A stretch of 64,000 bases of DNA. It comes from Dimorphilus gyrociliatus (Eukaryota; Animalia; Annelida). The stretch spans positions 1,820,422-1,884,421 of the forward strand of contig CAJFCJ010000002.1 in assembly GCA_904063045.1 (NCBI GenBank), given 5' to 3'. Shown one piece after another: positions 27,560 through 40,725 of this stretch. The notes below the pieces were generated by a model. The model had not been told where the DNA came from. It ran no database searches and worked only from the letters and a program-made list of their open reading frames with translations. The translations under genes were made by a program, and so were the position numbers. The number at the start of each line of letters is the position of its first letter. Within the stretch, counting starts at the first letter, position 1.

Positions 27560-30500
27560 ATGGCTTCGCGATTGCTCTACCTCGTCGTTTGGTTGACTAT
27601 CTCACGACTGTGTGTACGTTCTAATGCTTATGGTAAGTTATTTTACTGATTAAAAGTGGTTAAAAGTTTGGAATTCGCTTAGCCCCGTATTTACAACAAC
27701 ATGGCGGCAACACGCACTCAGCAGTCATAAAAACATCTGACGATTTGCGCATTTTTCACGCTGAGTTAGGTTATTTTCATCCAGAATAAACATGATAGGT
27801 GTCCAAGTGTAAGATTTGAAATTTTTATGACGTAACAAGCACAAAATACATATCGTAACAATATTCGGACTCTTCAGCTGATTTCCAAAATAAATCGTTT
27901 AAAAAACGACTTAAAAAAACCCTGAGTTAAATCTTTTTGTTATCCTCATCAAGTAAACAATTGCTTTATTTTTATTAATATTTATGTAACTTGTTTCTGA
28001 TAAAATAATCTGCAACAGATTCCATAGATATATTTTGTTTTTCTAATCGATATTAAACAAATGTTCGTCAAACAGAATTTTCAAACCACCTCAACAACAA
28101 GGATAAATCAGATTTTCTCAGGGAAGGTTTTGACTCATATATATTGAGTAATACTCTTCATTTCATCTATGATGACCGCTTCCAAAGATCTGTGTATGGC
28201 TTACCAAACACAACAATAGAACTAAAATGCTATGTTTCGGCTCCAAAACGAAGTCCTTTAAATGGGAATAATGTCTATCACGATTTCACATTAAAGTGGC
28301 TTCGGTACAAATCGAGTTTTGATGATACAGGAAATTTTCATAAACACGAAGTATTCAAACAATCAGGAACAGAAACGCAAAAATTAACAAACTTAACGAT
28401 TGATGGACCTCCTAGACGCCTCGTCAAGGAAGAGAGTCAATCGAACGTCTACGAATTTGTTTTGAGAGTACCTGTAGAAGGAGACGTTACATACAGATGC
28501 TTAATTGACGATGAATTCGGCAAAATATTTAGTTCAGCTATGATGCCATTAAAGGCCGGTTAGTAATTTTTAATCCTAATTGTTGTATATAAGACATCTA
28601 TTACTCGGCGTATCCAGTAGATATATATATATGTGTGTGTTTTTCTATTTATATAGTTTCTATAGATATTTTATCATTTGTACTGTATATATCTGTACAT
28701 TTATTTGAGTATCGAGTTTATAACTGCTGTATAGACAGTCTTTTTACGGGGACGAGCTGAAAGATTAACGGCTTATTGTTGATAAAAATGTCAAGGTCGT
28801 ATTTATTCCCTTCGTGTTTGTATGTGTGGCCACCGCAGCGACCTCCCACCCTGTGAAAGTACTATTCTTATTATTATTATTCTTTCACCTGATTTAGTTG
28901 GATTAAATACGACTTTATTGTCGAAAACATATGACCTCTTTTAAATTTACAAATGATATGATCGACTTACATAGATTATTTAGATTAATAGCGATTATTA
29001 TGTCGAATTTCTTTCTTGTTTTTTATGTTGATGACCTGACCTAGTTGCATAAACGATTAAAAATAGTTCGCGATCTGGCTACCGTTAACCGTCGGTTTCT
29101 CGGAGCGCTGATGGACAAGTGCCAGATAGTTGCATCAGACGTTAACGATTACGCAATATATTGTTTACTCTTTTTGCAGTGTTGCCTGGGCTTTCAAATA
29201 ATTACGTAAATGTAACGCAACCAAAGGGTTCTAACGCAAGAATTGAGTGCAGACTGAATTCTCATGTAATTCCAAAAGTCTCAATAAAGTGGTTTAAGGA
29301 CGAGGAAGAATTGGAGGTGGATGGGTATCGAATTGTTTCCTTACCAGTGTCCCACCGAGGAGAAATAGATACTGAGCACGAATATGTGGCATGGCTAGGT
29401 GTCTATGGTACATTATATTTATATGATCTGAGAGAAGAAGATGAAGGAGCATATTCATGTGCTGTTGAAAACCCTTGGGGATTTGATAAAAAAGAAGTAG
29501 CTACTGTTCTCATTGACAACAACAGCCCGAATAGCTTGATCCATAAACCTGTTAATCTTTTACTATTCGAATCACTGTTAGGTGTTTTGGAGTGCTTTAC
29601 CTCTTACGATTCAAGAATCACATGGACATTTACAGGTAAATTAGGACTAACAAACTCTTTTTAGCCAAATATATAACCTTCACTTTTTTAAAAGGGAAAG
29701 ATGGAATCATCAAACCTGTTAACAAATCTTACATCGTTGGAAGACAAAGCATTGTTATTCCTAAGAGTGATATTAAGAATATTGGAAATTATACTTGTCA
29801 TTTGGAGAGTTCTCGAGGCAAACAGTCATTTAGAGCTCAGCTTTCTTTACGTTACGTTGACTCTGTTATTTACACTCCTCCGATTAAACGCGTGCATGGC
29901 ATGAAAGGGTTGAAGTGTACTATGCCCTTTGTGACTGGCTGTGTTTATAATGCCTATAAACAGAGCAAGTATCCGTTTGCTAGATGGTTTGTCAATGGTA
30001 CCAGCATTAGTGATGTAGCGGAAGAGTACCAGAGAAAGTACAATAAGAAAGTTTTTGCAGTTACTACAGGAAATAAAGAAGAACTTCTTGCTGCCATAAG
30101 GGAATACAAAGGAGGGAAAACTAAATTAAACGTTACGATGAGGCATGAAATTCTCGAAAAAACAATTGAGTTTGTTGAAAGTTTACCCAAATATGCAAGA
30201 TTCTCTGTTTTGAAGATATCAGCAGAATTTACAGAATTATCAGGATATTACCAATGTCTTGTATCTAGTTATGTAAATGAATATTCCCAATCAAGTCAAT
30301 TTCACATTCCCGAAACATCACCAGATGTGGATAATATAACTGTAGTGAAAACCATGCCAGCTTCAATTCTGCTCAATATAACTAGAAAAAAATTAGGAGG
30401 ATTTCGAAGCCAAGATGAAGTTATAGTCGTTAATGTGCAATTCACTTGTATAAATTCGACTGGAAAAAAGCCTGATTGGTATTCAAAAGAAGATTGGCAA

Positions 30501-32518
30501 GCGTGTAAGAAAGATGGAGAAGAAGTCTTTGATATGAAACCAACATCTAAAAATCCGAATTGGCGAACTGCTAATGTAACTAAACTTCTACCGGACACCA
30601 ACTACTCTATTCAAATTGTCCCTTATAGTAAACGAGGGTGTGGTCCTCGTACACCAGTTAATATTAAAACAAAGGCTTTGAGACCAAGCGCCTTTCCAAA
30701 TTATAAATTGGCTATTTCTTCTACATCGTTAAAATTTCGATTTGATCGTTTACTAGGTCCAAAATGCGGTGGAAGGATACTAAGTTATATTATCAAAGTC
30801 GGAAATAAGCGAAAATCTATTAAGAATGGAAAATTTGAAGGAGAAATCAAAGGACTTTCCCCAAATACTGAATACAAGTTTTTAATTGTGCCAAAAACTG
30901 AAGCGGGAGAGGCTCCACACTCAGAGGAAAATTTTAGAACAATTAGAACTTTGAAGCAATTGGACTCTCCTAAGAAATTGAATTTCCCTTCAATGAGGAT
31001 AGAATCGGTTAATGTTACATGCGCTCTTTTTCACCTCGGAAACGAACACAGTTATGTCGATATTTTCTTAAAGCATCTTTCATCGAAGAGTGGAGTACAC
31101 TATCCCGATGCGAATAAATCTTATTTGAACATGTAAGTCTATTAAAATAAAAACTCGATTTTTTATTTTTTCTAATAACTAACTCTTCCGATATTTAGAA
31201 CTGCAACAGTTTTCAAAGTAACTGACCTAGTATTGGATTCCGAGTATGAAGTTGATATAGTGTACTATGAAAGCATTATGGCTTTCAAGAGAGAGATCTA
31301 TTTCTATTCTAATCCTACAAATCATCAACCACCACCTATGCCGTTTAATTTAGACGCATCGATTGTTAGAAAATCTGATGAAAAATGTTGCATACACGTT
31401 AGTTGGGAGGAATCGAAATCTTGGGTTGGATCTATACAGCAATTCGTTTTAAAGTTTGCTATGAAGAATTATATAGAGTATGGTATTCCTTTACAGAAAA
31501 ATCGTGTAATTCTTAAAAATTTCACGAAATATGACTATGAGATTTCATCGTCTTGTCAATCGTGTAAAACAGTAAAGAGCGAGAGGATTACTTTTCAAGT
31601 TCAAGCCGAAATAGATTCTAAACGAAAAAGTGATTTTAGTTTAGAGCGAATGATTTATTTCAATTCATCAACAATTATAAACCCTCGCCATGAAACAACA
31701 TCTATATCTACATATACCAATAACGATAAAAAGAAATATTTTTGGATAGGAATAAGCGGCGTTAGCGTATTCCTGCTAACCATATTATTGTTTGTTTGTT
31801 TCAAAAACGTGCGGAAGATGATGTATCTTAGAAGGAATCGGAATACAGAAAGACCAACAACCAATAAAGCGAATGTTGGAACCCCGGTCAATGTGCAAAT
31901 ACAGGAAAGACAGCCTCTCTTCACAGACATTCGACAAGTAGTTTTGAATGGGGAAGTTTGCAGTGAATCGCACGTCGAAGAGGTTATTAAACGACGACCC
32001 GACTTAGATGGCTTCATTGATACTAAAGTAAGTTTGTCGATAAAAATTGATTTTCTGTCCAAAAATAACTTTTTTCCAATGAACTTTTATAGGGTATCAG
32101 TGACGTGACGGGTGAATTCCGAGGTAGAATGCATCAGATAAGCTGTTCCGGTTCTGTGCGAAGTGGTCAAAGTGTAGCTACACATTCAGATTCCGGATGC
32201 CATGAAAGTAATTTGGTAAGCATAAATATCGCTATTTTTTTCTGTCTAACCGCTTTAAAGGGGAGAGTATGCTTATATTTGTTTTTTTGTGCATTCTTTT
32301 AGACGCTCCATAGCTCAGAAAAGAACGAAGATAACGAAGGAAGTGACACTCTAGGACACACCTCTTCTCAGTCTTCCAGTGCAGAGACGCTTTGTAACAT
32401 GCATTCGCAACAGCATTGCAAATGCAAACAAATAGAAACCTCATGTGATAATTATATTCAACGGTCTGAAATCTATCATCCTCCTCGTCCACCGCAGCAG
32501 CTTGCTTGCAAAATATAA
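27560..32518 (+). CDS. Type I membrane receptor / adhesion molecule with about 4 Ig and 3-4 FN3 domains
   Basis: Signal-peptide exon 27560-27632 (MASRLLYLVVWLTISRLCV..). Ig motifs include LKCYV..LKW..TYRC and IECRL..IKWFKD..DEGAYSCAVEN. FN3 motifs include LLPDTNYSI and LSPNTEYKF. TM FWIGISGVSVFLLTILLFVCF; Ser/Cys-rich tail. Architecture recalls iHog/CDON/BOC or neogenin-like proteins, but orthology is not established. Confidence 0.83.
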
Positions 32519-33871
32519 AAGACTGATAAAGTATTGCCTTGCAGAGGTGACAAGGGTACTGCTACCTCAAAAAAATTCTTTTTTTTGGTATTCATATTAT
32601 ATTGAGAAACAGAATTCGTTGATATGCTTGAAAACAAAACGCGAGCGTCGCACGGAACAGCTGGTCTGTTTATGTGTGTCCTTTATTATCATAAGTACTT
32701 AATCTATACATAAAATATTAATAAGGATGATGTATTATTAACGTAAAGCTGTGTTGTTTAATATATTTATATACGTATACATTTATTGATATGTATATAA
32801 ATAACTAAATATTTGTATACTTGTGTATACATATGTATAATTTGCATGTTTAATATGGCAAAGTATTTATATGTAAGCTGCGATATATGCTGTATTTTTT
32901 ATAACACATGGTTGGACATTTTGCTTAACCGATGCAATTTTTTGCTATTATTTAAAAAGATTAATTTACCATCAGGATTTTATTCTGAAGGTAAATTTAT
33001 ACTTTAGAAGATGTATAATTTTTGAGTCTATTATTTGTTTATAAGAGATATACGAGTCTCTCCTTAATCCTACAGCATATAAGCATTCTTTCATATAGAT
33101 ATATTTTTTTATCAATAGCTTATCCGTATAAATGTACAATCGAGGAATCAGGAAAGTCTCAGGGAGGTGATGGTTGCCTTTTTCCTCACAGGAAATTATC
33201 TTTATCAGGGTCGTGAAAAACAATTACTGTTTGTAAATTATCAGTTTTGCGTTGTGTATCTAAAAAACTTGACGATCCTGACTTTTTGAAGCGTTTCATT
33301 TTGTCATCTGCAGTTAAAGCTTGAAATTTTTCCTTTTTGTTATGTCTACAATCACAACAGGGAGAAACAGTTTATCTGATTGGGTTTTTCCTTATCTCAT
33401 TAATATGTATTTTGTTTTTTTGTTTTGGCGTTGATTTAAAATAGTGCTTGAATCTCCCTTTAAATATTTTGTTTGCGCCTTATAATAATAATATACCCAT
33501 ATAACTTTTGTTTTTTGCAAGTTGTACTGCCAAACAACCTTTTGTTTATAGCACACCTAACCTTTTCTATCTCTATCATTATCATGTATTTATAACTATT
33601 TCATTCATAAAATAATCACACTCACACACGTTACTGATTGAAGATACGGGTTTCTTTGAGATATTTGTGAACTTATTACAATTTCTTTATTGAGTGTATA
33701 TTGTTTTGCATTTTTGTTAATGAAGTTCAGGAATGAACATACCTCATTTTTATGCGGATTAAAAAATTTTCAATGTTATATTGTAAATAATTTGATCGTC
33801 TATACTTTGTTAAATTATAGAAGAAATAAACTTGTCGATCATGAATAATCCACTAGATGGCTAAAGTATGA

Positions 33872-33897
33872 TGACGTCACGGCAATTCGCGCATGCG
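33872..33897. promoter_or_regulatory. CRE (TGACGTCA, 33872-33879) plus NRF1-like (CGCGCATGCG, 33888-33897) motif pair upstream of PIP5K1
   Basis: Two exact or near-exact palindromes 8 nt apart, about 300 nt upstream of the ATG at 34193. Confidence 0.6.
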
Positions 33898-34192
33898 TAG
33901 AAATTGACTAATGGCGTATCAAAAGTAATCTTCGGCTAACGTTTAAAAACGTAAAAAAATTCCTAGAAGATTCTCAAGAAGAAGTTAATACGATTGTGTG
34001 ATAGATATAGATATTGTACATTTAATCTGCCATCGATCTGAAACATTATTTAATTATAAGGAGAGTTCCGGGGCTGCTATTCAGTTTTACTGTCAGCATA
34101 TAAATTTAGATTATAAATCAAGAGCTGCTAAAACACAACGAAATCATACTGAACTTTTGAGGAAGAGAAAAAGGAGAGAATAGAGTTTAATT

Positions 34193-37100
34193 ATGATTGT
34201 GCCGCCAGAACAAGGTATTGAATTTTGAATGATTTTACTTCGTCACTTTTATTAGTGTATAATTTACTCCTTGAATTACACACGTGTAGAAACATTTAGG
34301 AAACATAAACTTGAGAATTGGTACTAACAGCGTTTCTTTCAATCACCTCGATCGATTTGTTGAGGATAGCACTTATTGATTAGCACGGCTTTGCAGGACA
34401 ACAGTCGAAGCCATGGGTTGATAGTCTGTCTGAAACCATTTATGCATCTGATGTACTCTTTAGCATCGGTTGTTATTAATTTATTGCTAAAGTCTTGCAG
34501 CATTATCTTTATAGTTTGCTGTACCAATAAGTAGGACAACTAAGTCAATAGTCAGATTGATTGCACCGTCTACAAAGAAGTTTTATATGGTAGAATTCAA
34601 TATTTCTTCTATGAAACATTGATAAATAGGCTGTACTTATAGTATCTCTTATCATCGGTTGTTAGATGCAAAAAAATGAACCAAAAAACCTCGTGCATTG
34701 TAGCTGAAATTTTTCTTCCTCGAGGCACCACTTTATCATTGATCTTTTACCACAAATACAGGCCTCAACAAGGAGAGCGATCCTCGACAATATGACAAGA
34801 CAAAGTCAGAGTCCAGGACACCAGAGGTATTAGTTTTGAAAATACTGAAAATTAATATCACTAACCAACGTTTTTTCTTACGAAAACCTTGAAAATATTT
34901 TTAGAGACAAAATTCATCTATTTATACATCAACTAGTCAGCATACGACCCCAGCACAAGATGGTAAAAAACGTAGAAAGTTAGGACACAGAAGAGTGAAT
35001 GAAGCGGGACAAGTTACATACAAAAAGGTCTGATCATTTCTCATATATTGATATTTTAGCTACTCTTTCTAAACGTCTGTTTTAGTTTACCTTTTCATCT
35101 TTTATACTTGTAAAATATTATAAAAAATAATAATATGATATTCGTTTCTCAAAAGGAGTGTACTAAGCAATTTTATCATTAGTCATCATCATAATTTCCT
35201 TTTTAAACAAATGTAAAAGAGAGAGAGAGAGAGAGAGAGAAAGTTATCTATAAAATAGTAAAGTTTATTTTGGGAATGAGATATTCGTACATTTTATAAA
35301 TTCTAAATTTCAAAAATATTTAAACGACAACATAGAAATACTTTGCGTGAATTTATCCGTAAATAATAGTAATATTGTTCAGTTATTTTCTTATTATCTT
35401 TTTATGTTTGAATATAAAAATGATTATCACGTTTGGGTGTGTGCAGCTAGTCGCTGATGACGTACTATTTTCATTAGTTTACATTTTATATTTAATGTTG
35501 TCATTTAGAAAATCACTTCGAAGCATTGCACATCTAACTATCATCCTTTTGAGAAACCATTTATGTCTAGATACTATTTAAAGACTGATAACTATGTATA
35601 GAGATATTTGTGATGTAGATTGTGAATATAGAGTTTATGAGTGTCTTTTGTATCGTCACTCAATCAGGCAGACATTTTACATTGGATAGATGTGTAAGAT
35701 GAAATCATTTGGGTTTGGAACAACATCTCCTATTTTGAAAAGTATATCGACAGGTCACGTTCCTGCTTTATACGGAAGCGATAGTTTAGGTAGACTAAAT
35801 GGATTTAAACGCACTTGGTGGCGTGATGAGAGATCTTTACAAGATTTATTTACTTCTAAGGTGTAAAAATATGATTTTTTGACCTGTGCATTTGATAGTT
35901 TCGTGTGTGTAAACGTTTAATCATGACTTTGTCTTAATCATTTCTGTTGTATGTGAGCAGAAGCCGACATCAGAACTTATAAGGGCCATACAGAAAGGTG
36001 TATACTTTTCACTAGGAGATTCTAAGGAATCCGAAAATAAGCACGACTTGTTAATTAGCGACTTCTCAGTAGTGCAGACAATCTTCTTTCCAAAGTAAGT
36101 TTTAGTAAAGCGTTATTAACTGGTTTCCGCTCGATTTCAGAAATCCACTTCCGAGCTTATGGAAGCTGCACAGTTGGGCATGGGTCAACATATTCGATAC
36201 CTGATGTCCTCTGACTGCAATCGCGATGTTCTTCTACAGGATTTTTCTATAGTTGAGCAGATGTTTTTCCCGAGGTTCGATTACTTGTCGTCCCTCTCTG
36301 GATTCACTATTTTTTTTTGCCAAATGAGATTTTTGATTTGTTATAATTTCATTGAAAAAAAATAATTAAAAGATGAAATTTTTGACTGATAAAATCTCGT
36401 TAACATGGATATTAAATTAACGCCGGGTTGGCATGCTTATCCGGGTTGTGTGGAAGATTCCTTCCGTTTCTACTTTTCTTTTTTTATTTTCACCAAAGGA
36501 CCAAGCCTGTTTTCTTCTCTTTTTTTTCATTTAGCACTTGATGTTAGATTTAAATGTTAGACGGCAAAGTAACGCTGTTTTTATTTTATTTTTAATTCTG
36601 CAAACGAAATTAATAACCTGATATATGTTTTATTTAATTTTTGCTTGAATTTAGTTTAATTGCAATCTTTTAAACAACAGGGAAGGATCTAATATGACAC
36701 TACCCCACGAACTCAGCGATTTCCGTTTCAAAATTTACGCACCAATGGCGTTTAGATATTTCAGAAAATTGTTTAAAATTGACCCAAAAGACTTTCTCGT
36801 TTCTCTAACATCTCAACAACTAAAGGAATTGTCGAATCCTGGTGCTAGTGGCTCTATATTCTACATTACTCACGACGACGAATTTATCATTAAAACAGTA
36901 CAACATAAGGAGGCAGATTTTTTACAAAAACTTTTACCTGGCTACTTTATGAATATAAGTCAAAATCCTAGGACTCTATTGCCGAAATTTTATGGTCTAT
37001 ACTGTTATCAGGTAAAAACGTTGAATACTATTAAAAGAATTTTTATTTATCTCTTCTTTGGTTAGCCAAATAGATTACCGTTTAGCACAGGCGATATTAT

Positions 37101-39686
37101 TATGCATAAAACTGGCAAATTATCATCTCTATGCTTCTCCCATAAACACCGATGTTGTCGCTATAAAAGATTAAATAGTAGACATGTGTAATACCTACGT
37201 ATTTTAGATTTAAGGCCAATTTAATTGTATATAATTTGATTCTGATATGGAAAAAATAAATTCATTGTAAAGTTATTAATTAGATTTTTTTTTATTTCAG
37301 TGTGGTGGTAAGAACATACGATTTTGCGTTATGAACAATTTGTTACCATCGGGTATAAAATTGCACGAAAAGTACGATTTAAAGGGTTCAACTTATAGAA
37401 GGAAAGCATCCAAGGAGGAGAGGGCAAAAAAGTGTCCTACCTTAAAAGATTTAGATTTCACTGATAATCATCAAAAAGGTTTAAAATTGGAGGCAGAAAC
37501 TTACAATGCTCTCCTGAAAACAATAAGTAGAGATGTGAGAGTTTTAGCATCGTTTAAGATAATGGACTACTCTTTATTGGTTGGTATCCATAACTTGGAT
37601 GAAGCCAGAGAGGAGAGAGAAGCTGAGAGAGCAAAAATAGGTAAAGAGATTGTAGAAGATGCAACTTGCTTATCAGAAAGTCAGCACACGTTACATAATC
37701 AAAGTTCTGTCGATGGTTAGTGAAATAGGATGATTTAAATAAGTAGTAATTTAAGTAATTTAACTCTAAAAAAATCAATTCTTCAGGAACAGGCTTAAAT
37801 AGGGGAAGGCCTACAAAGAGAATAGCGAATTGGTCAACAGCTATGGAACAAATCGAAGCAACTGTTGAACCAGTTGAGTTAGAAAATGATAATATTCCAC
37901 CTGGTGGCATACCGGCGAGAAATGACAATGGCCAACGACTGCTACTCTATATTGGAATTATCGATATTCTTCAGCACTACCGGTTAAAAAAGAAGTTAGA
38001 ACATGGTATTAAAAGTCTTCTGGCTGATGGAGATACTATATCAGTAGTTAATCCTACATTTTATGCGGAACGATTCGAGTCGTTCTTTAGGGATAAGGTC
38101 TTCAAAAAGACAGCTTCATGTAAGTAAATTGCAAAATTTATATTTTGATTAACGGTCTTTCCCTTTTTTAATCGTACACAATTTATAAAGCCAAAAGAAT
38201 GTTCAAATTATTATAAAACTGCATAACTGCGTACGTACATAAGCTGGCAAAAAAAAAACATACATTCACAAATATACGAATCCATCAGCGAGAAAAAAAT
38301 CGAACCAATTATTATGATGTAGCGTCTTTGAACATTCTATTATGGCACCTTTTACTTCGTGCTAGTGTGGTTCGTGATATCGATGTTGCATACTGTTTCA
38401 GTGGACGAGCCTGAAGTGAAAGGTCCGCACATGCGGTTTCGCCGTCTCGTTCAACTCGGTAAACAATCTATCTGCTCAATAACTTGTTCAATTTCTTTTT
38501 TTCCTTTATTTTCTGTTTTTTTTTCTGCATGTCTATTTCTTTTTAAAAAAAAAAAGACATACTATTCATTATCATCCATCCCAATCATTTTCCTAATCGA
38601 TGTCTACATCTATTCTTTGTAATTTTCAGTATTTTTTTTTTATTTTTTAATGTTTTATTTTTGTGTTTTTTTTTTAAACCTTTCCTTGTTTGGAACTTTT
38701 CATTGATTATCATTAGATCAATTAGATCGATATAAATAGCAAGAGCATAGGATTTTAGACTATTTCGTTTCAAGAACCTTGTCTAGAAGTAGGACTTTAA
38801 AAAAAATAATTTTCGTTCTATGTTTTTCGTTGATCATTTGCTACTTTTTTTTTTATTTCAAAAGTGTTGTACGCTGCAATGAATCACTTGTATACATGAA
38901 TAGTCTATATACTAAATTTTCATTCTCTCTTTTTCATATCGCATATAAACAGCTATGCGACAATCTCCATCGAAAAAGAAAACGGGTAAACTTAGATCGA
39001 ATTCTACCGATGCAGTGGAGGAGACTCAGCGTGCGGCCGGAAGTGGTTCAACCACAGCTCTTGTTCATTCCGAAACTATAACTAGTCATCGTCCTGATTT
39101 GGTAACAGATTTACATGACGTCCAACCATCAACGCCTGTCAGGCGGTTAGTTATATATTTATACTTGACTTGATTTCCCGTTTATATATCTATCTCTACT
39201 TACATAATGTTAAATACATACAGGGAAACTATTTTATGAAAAGTTTGTAATATAGTTAGGTTTTCTCTTCATGATTTTTTTTCGCTTTTAGAAAATAATT
39301 TAAATTTACTTGATGTTTGAAACAAGCAAAAAATTTTAATTTATAGGGAGGAAAGAATAATTTCACAATGGCAGAGAAGTGTAGCAACTCGTATTGACTC
39401 ATCAGAAACTTATACAACTTCAGTAAAAGGAGAATCCAGTGTTTGTAAGCATATTGAAAATTTTTTTTTTGTGTTTTTTTTTGCCATCTGATTTTTTTTT
39501 TAAACGTTTCGTTAACGTTTTTCTGTATTGTGACTTTTTCATTCTCTAGCCGTGGCAGTGAAAGAAAGCGAAACTACTTTGGACGATGTGAATGTCACCG
39601 TAGACACACCAAATCACGAACAGGAAGAAGACGACAAATCCGAAGTGGTGAGTGACAAAGAGCTTGCTGTGGTGACGCCTCCTTAA
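34193..39686 (+). CDS. PIP5K1: Phosphatidylinositol 4-phosphate 5-kinase type I
   Basis: [16 protein letters not shown]; [15 protein letters not shown]; [36 protein letters not shown]; YDLKGST; LKDLDF; MDYSLLVG; IIDILQ.YRL.KKLEH. First exon MIVPPEQ at 34193; last exon ends ..VVTPP* at 39686. Confidence 0.96.
35218..35240. repeat. (GA)n microsatellite in a PIP5K1 intron
   Basis: About 11 AG units. Confidence 0.9.
35961..36094 (+). other. PIP5K1 mutually exclusive exon A (134 nt)
   Basis: cag|AAGCCG...CCAAA|gtaagt; encodes [44 protein letters not shown]. Confidence 0.85.
36141..36274 (+). other. PIP5K1 mutually exclusive exon B (134 nt)
   Basis: cag|AAATCC...CCGAG|gttcga; encodes [44 protein letters not shown]. 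Confidence 0.85.
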
Positions 39687-40725
39687 ACGTCGATGCGGAG
39701 AATGCTACTGCTTTGGTGGTTGTTTTAGTTAACATTTTTTTTTCACGAGCTTTACTGACACAAGTGTAGCTTTTGAGATTGTAAACAAGGCGGCGACCTG
39801 GTTCGATGGATGTAGTTGTTTTTAATTTTTGGCAAAAAAAATCATGCATGGCTTGTGCAGTACGAAATTATCAATAAATAATCTGATTTTAATTTTTCTT
39901 TTTTTGCACGATTTTTTTTCAAAGTGGCTGATTATTTTTTTTTCTCAATTGACATTGCTTAGGCAGCTGAGATTTGCTGAAATCGATCAAAAAAGGACTG
40001 CTTATTTCATCCCACCTTTCAATTTGACAATCCGTTACATAATCTTTTTTTTTTGATTGAGATAAAAAAAAGAAAAGGGAATAAACCAAAAAAAAAAATG
40101 TTGAACATTGTTTGATGTTTGTGAAAGCTTGTCTTTTTTTAAAGCCAAATTATATTTGAACACGATGCACAAGCATTTGGCGCACGCCCTTTTCTTTATT
40201 TTGCAGCTTGAAAAAGCCGATTAACATTCGTTAACAAAAACTGAGAGCTGAATGAAACACTAACAGACACATCTATGATTGAATCACCTTCAAGAAAGAA
40301 ACAAGAACATTCCGTCGAGCCCTAAGATGTCATTACTCGTTCTCGAACGTGTTCAAGTCTGTTGCGTTTAAAAACAACAATGCTCTTTTAACTGTATGTT
40401 AGTTGTTCTATGCATTCTATGGTCAACAAATTACAGTTTTACCAGTTTTTTTCATGCAAAAATTGTACACAACAAATTTTCATGTATCTTCCTGCTAGTA
40501 AAATACTCTATGTCAGAATAAAAGTATTATTCGTTTCAAATTCTCTAAAAAATTGAACAGTGCGCCATCTTGTGAAGTTCATATGATATGACACATAGGA
40601 TTTCCGTATACAAGTAATGAATAATAGGCCATTCCGTTATCTGTGCGGAGTAGGTAGGTTGGTAGTCTGCTCAAAGCTCTTATTCTATTTTGCGGAAATC
40701 TTGTTGAATAAATAAATAAAGGATA

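Noticed and set aside
28787-28860. Signal-peptide-like stretch (NVKVVFIPFVFVCVATAATSHPVK) in the Ig/FN3 gene intron 2
   Set aside because: No in-frame ATG after the upstream stop and no phase-1 donor to join the next exon.
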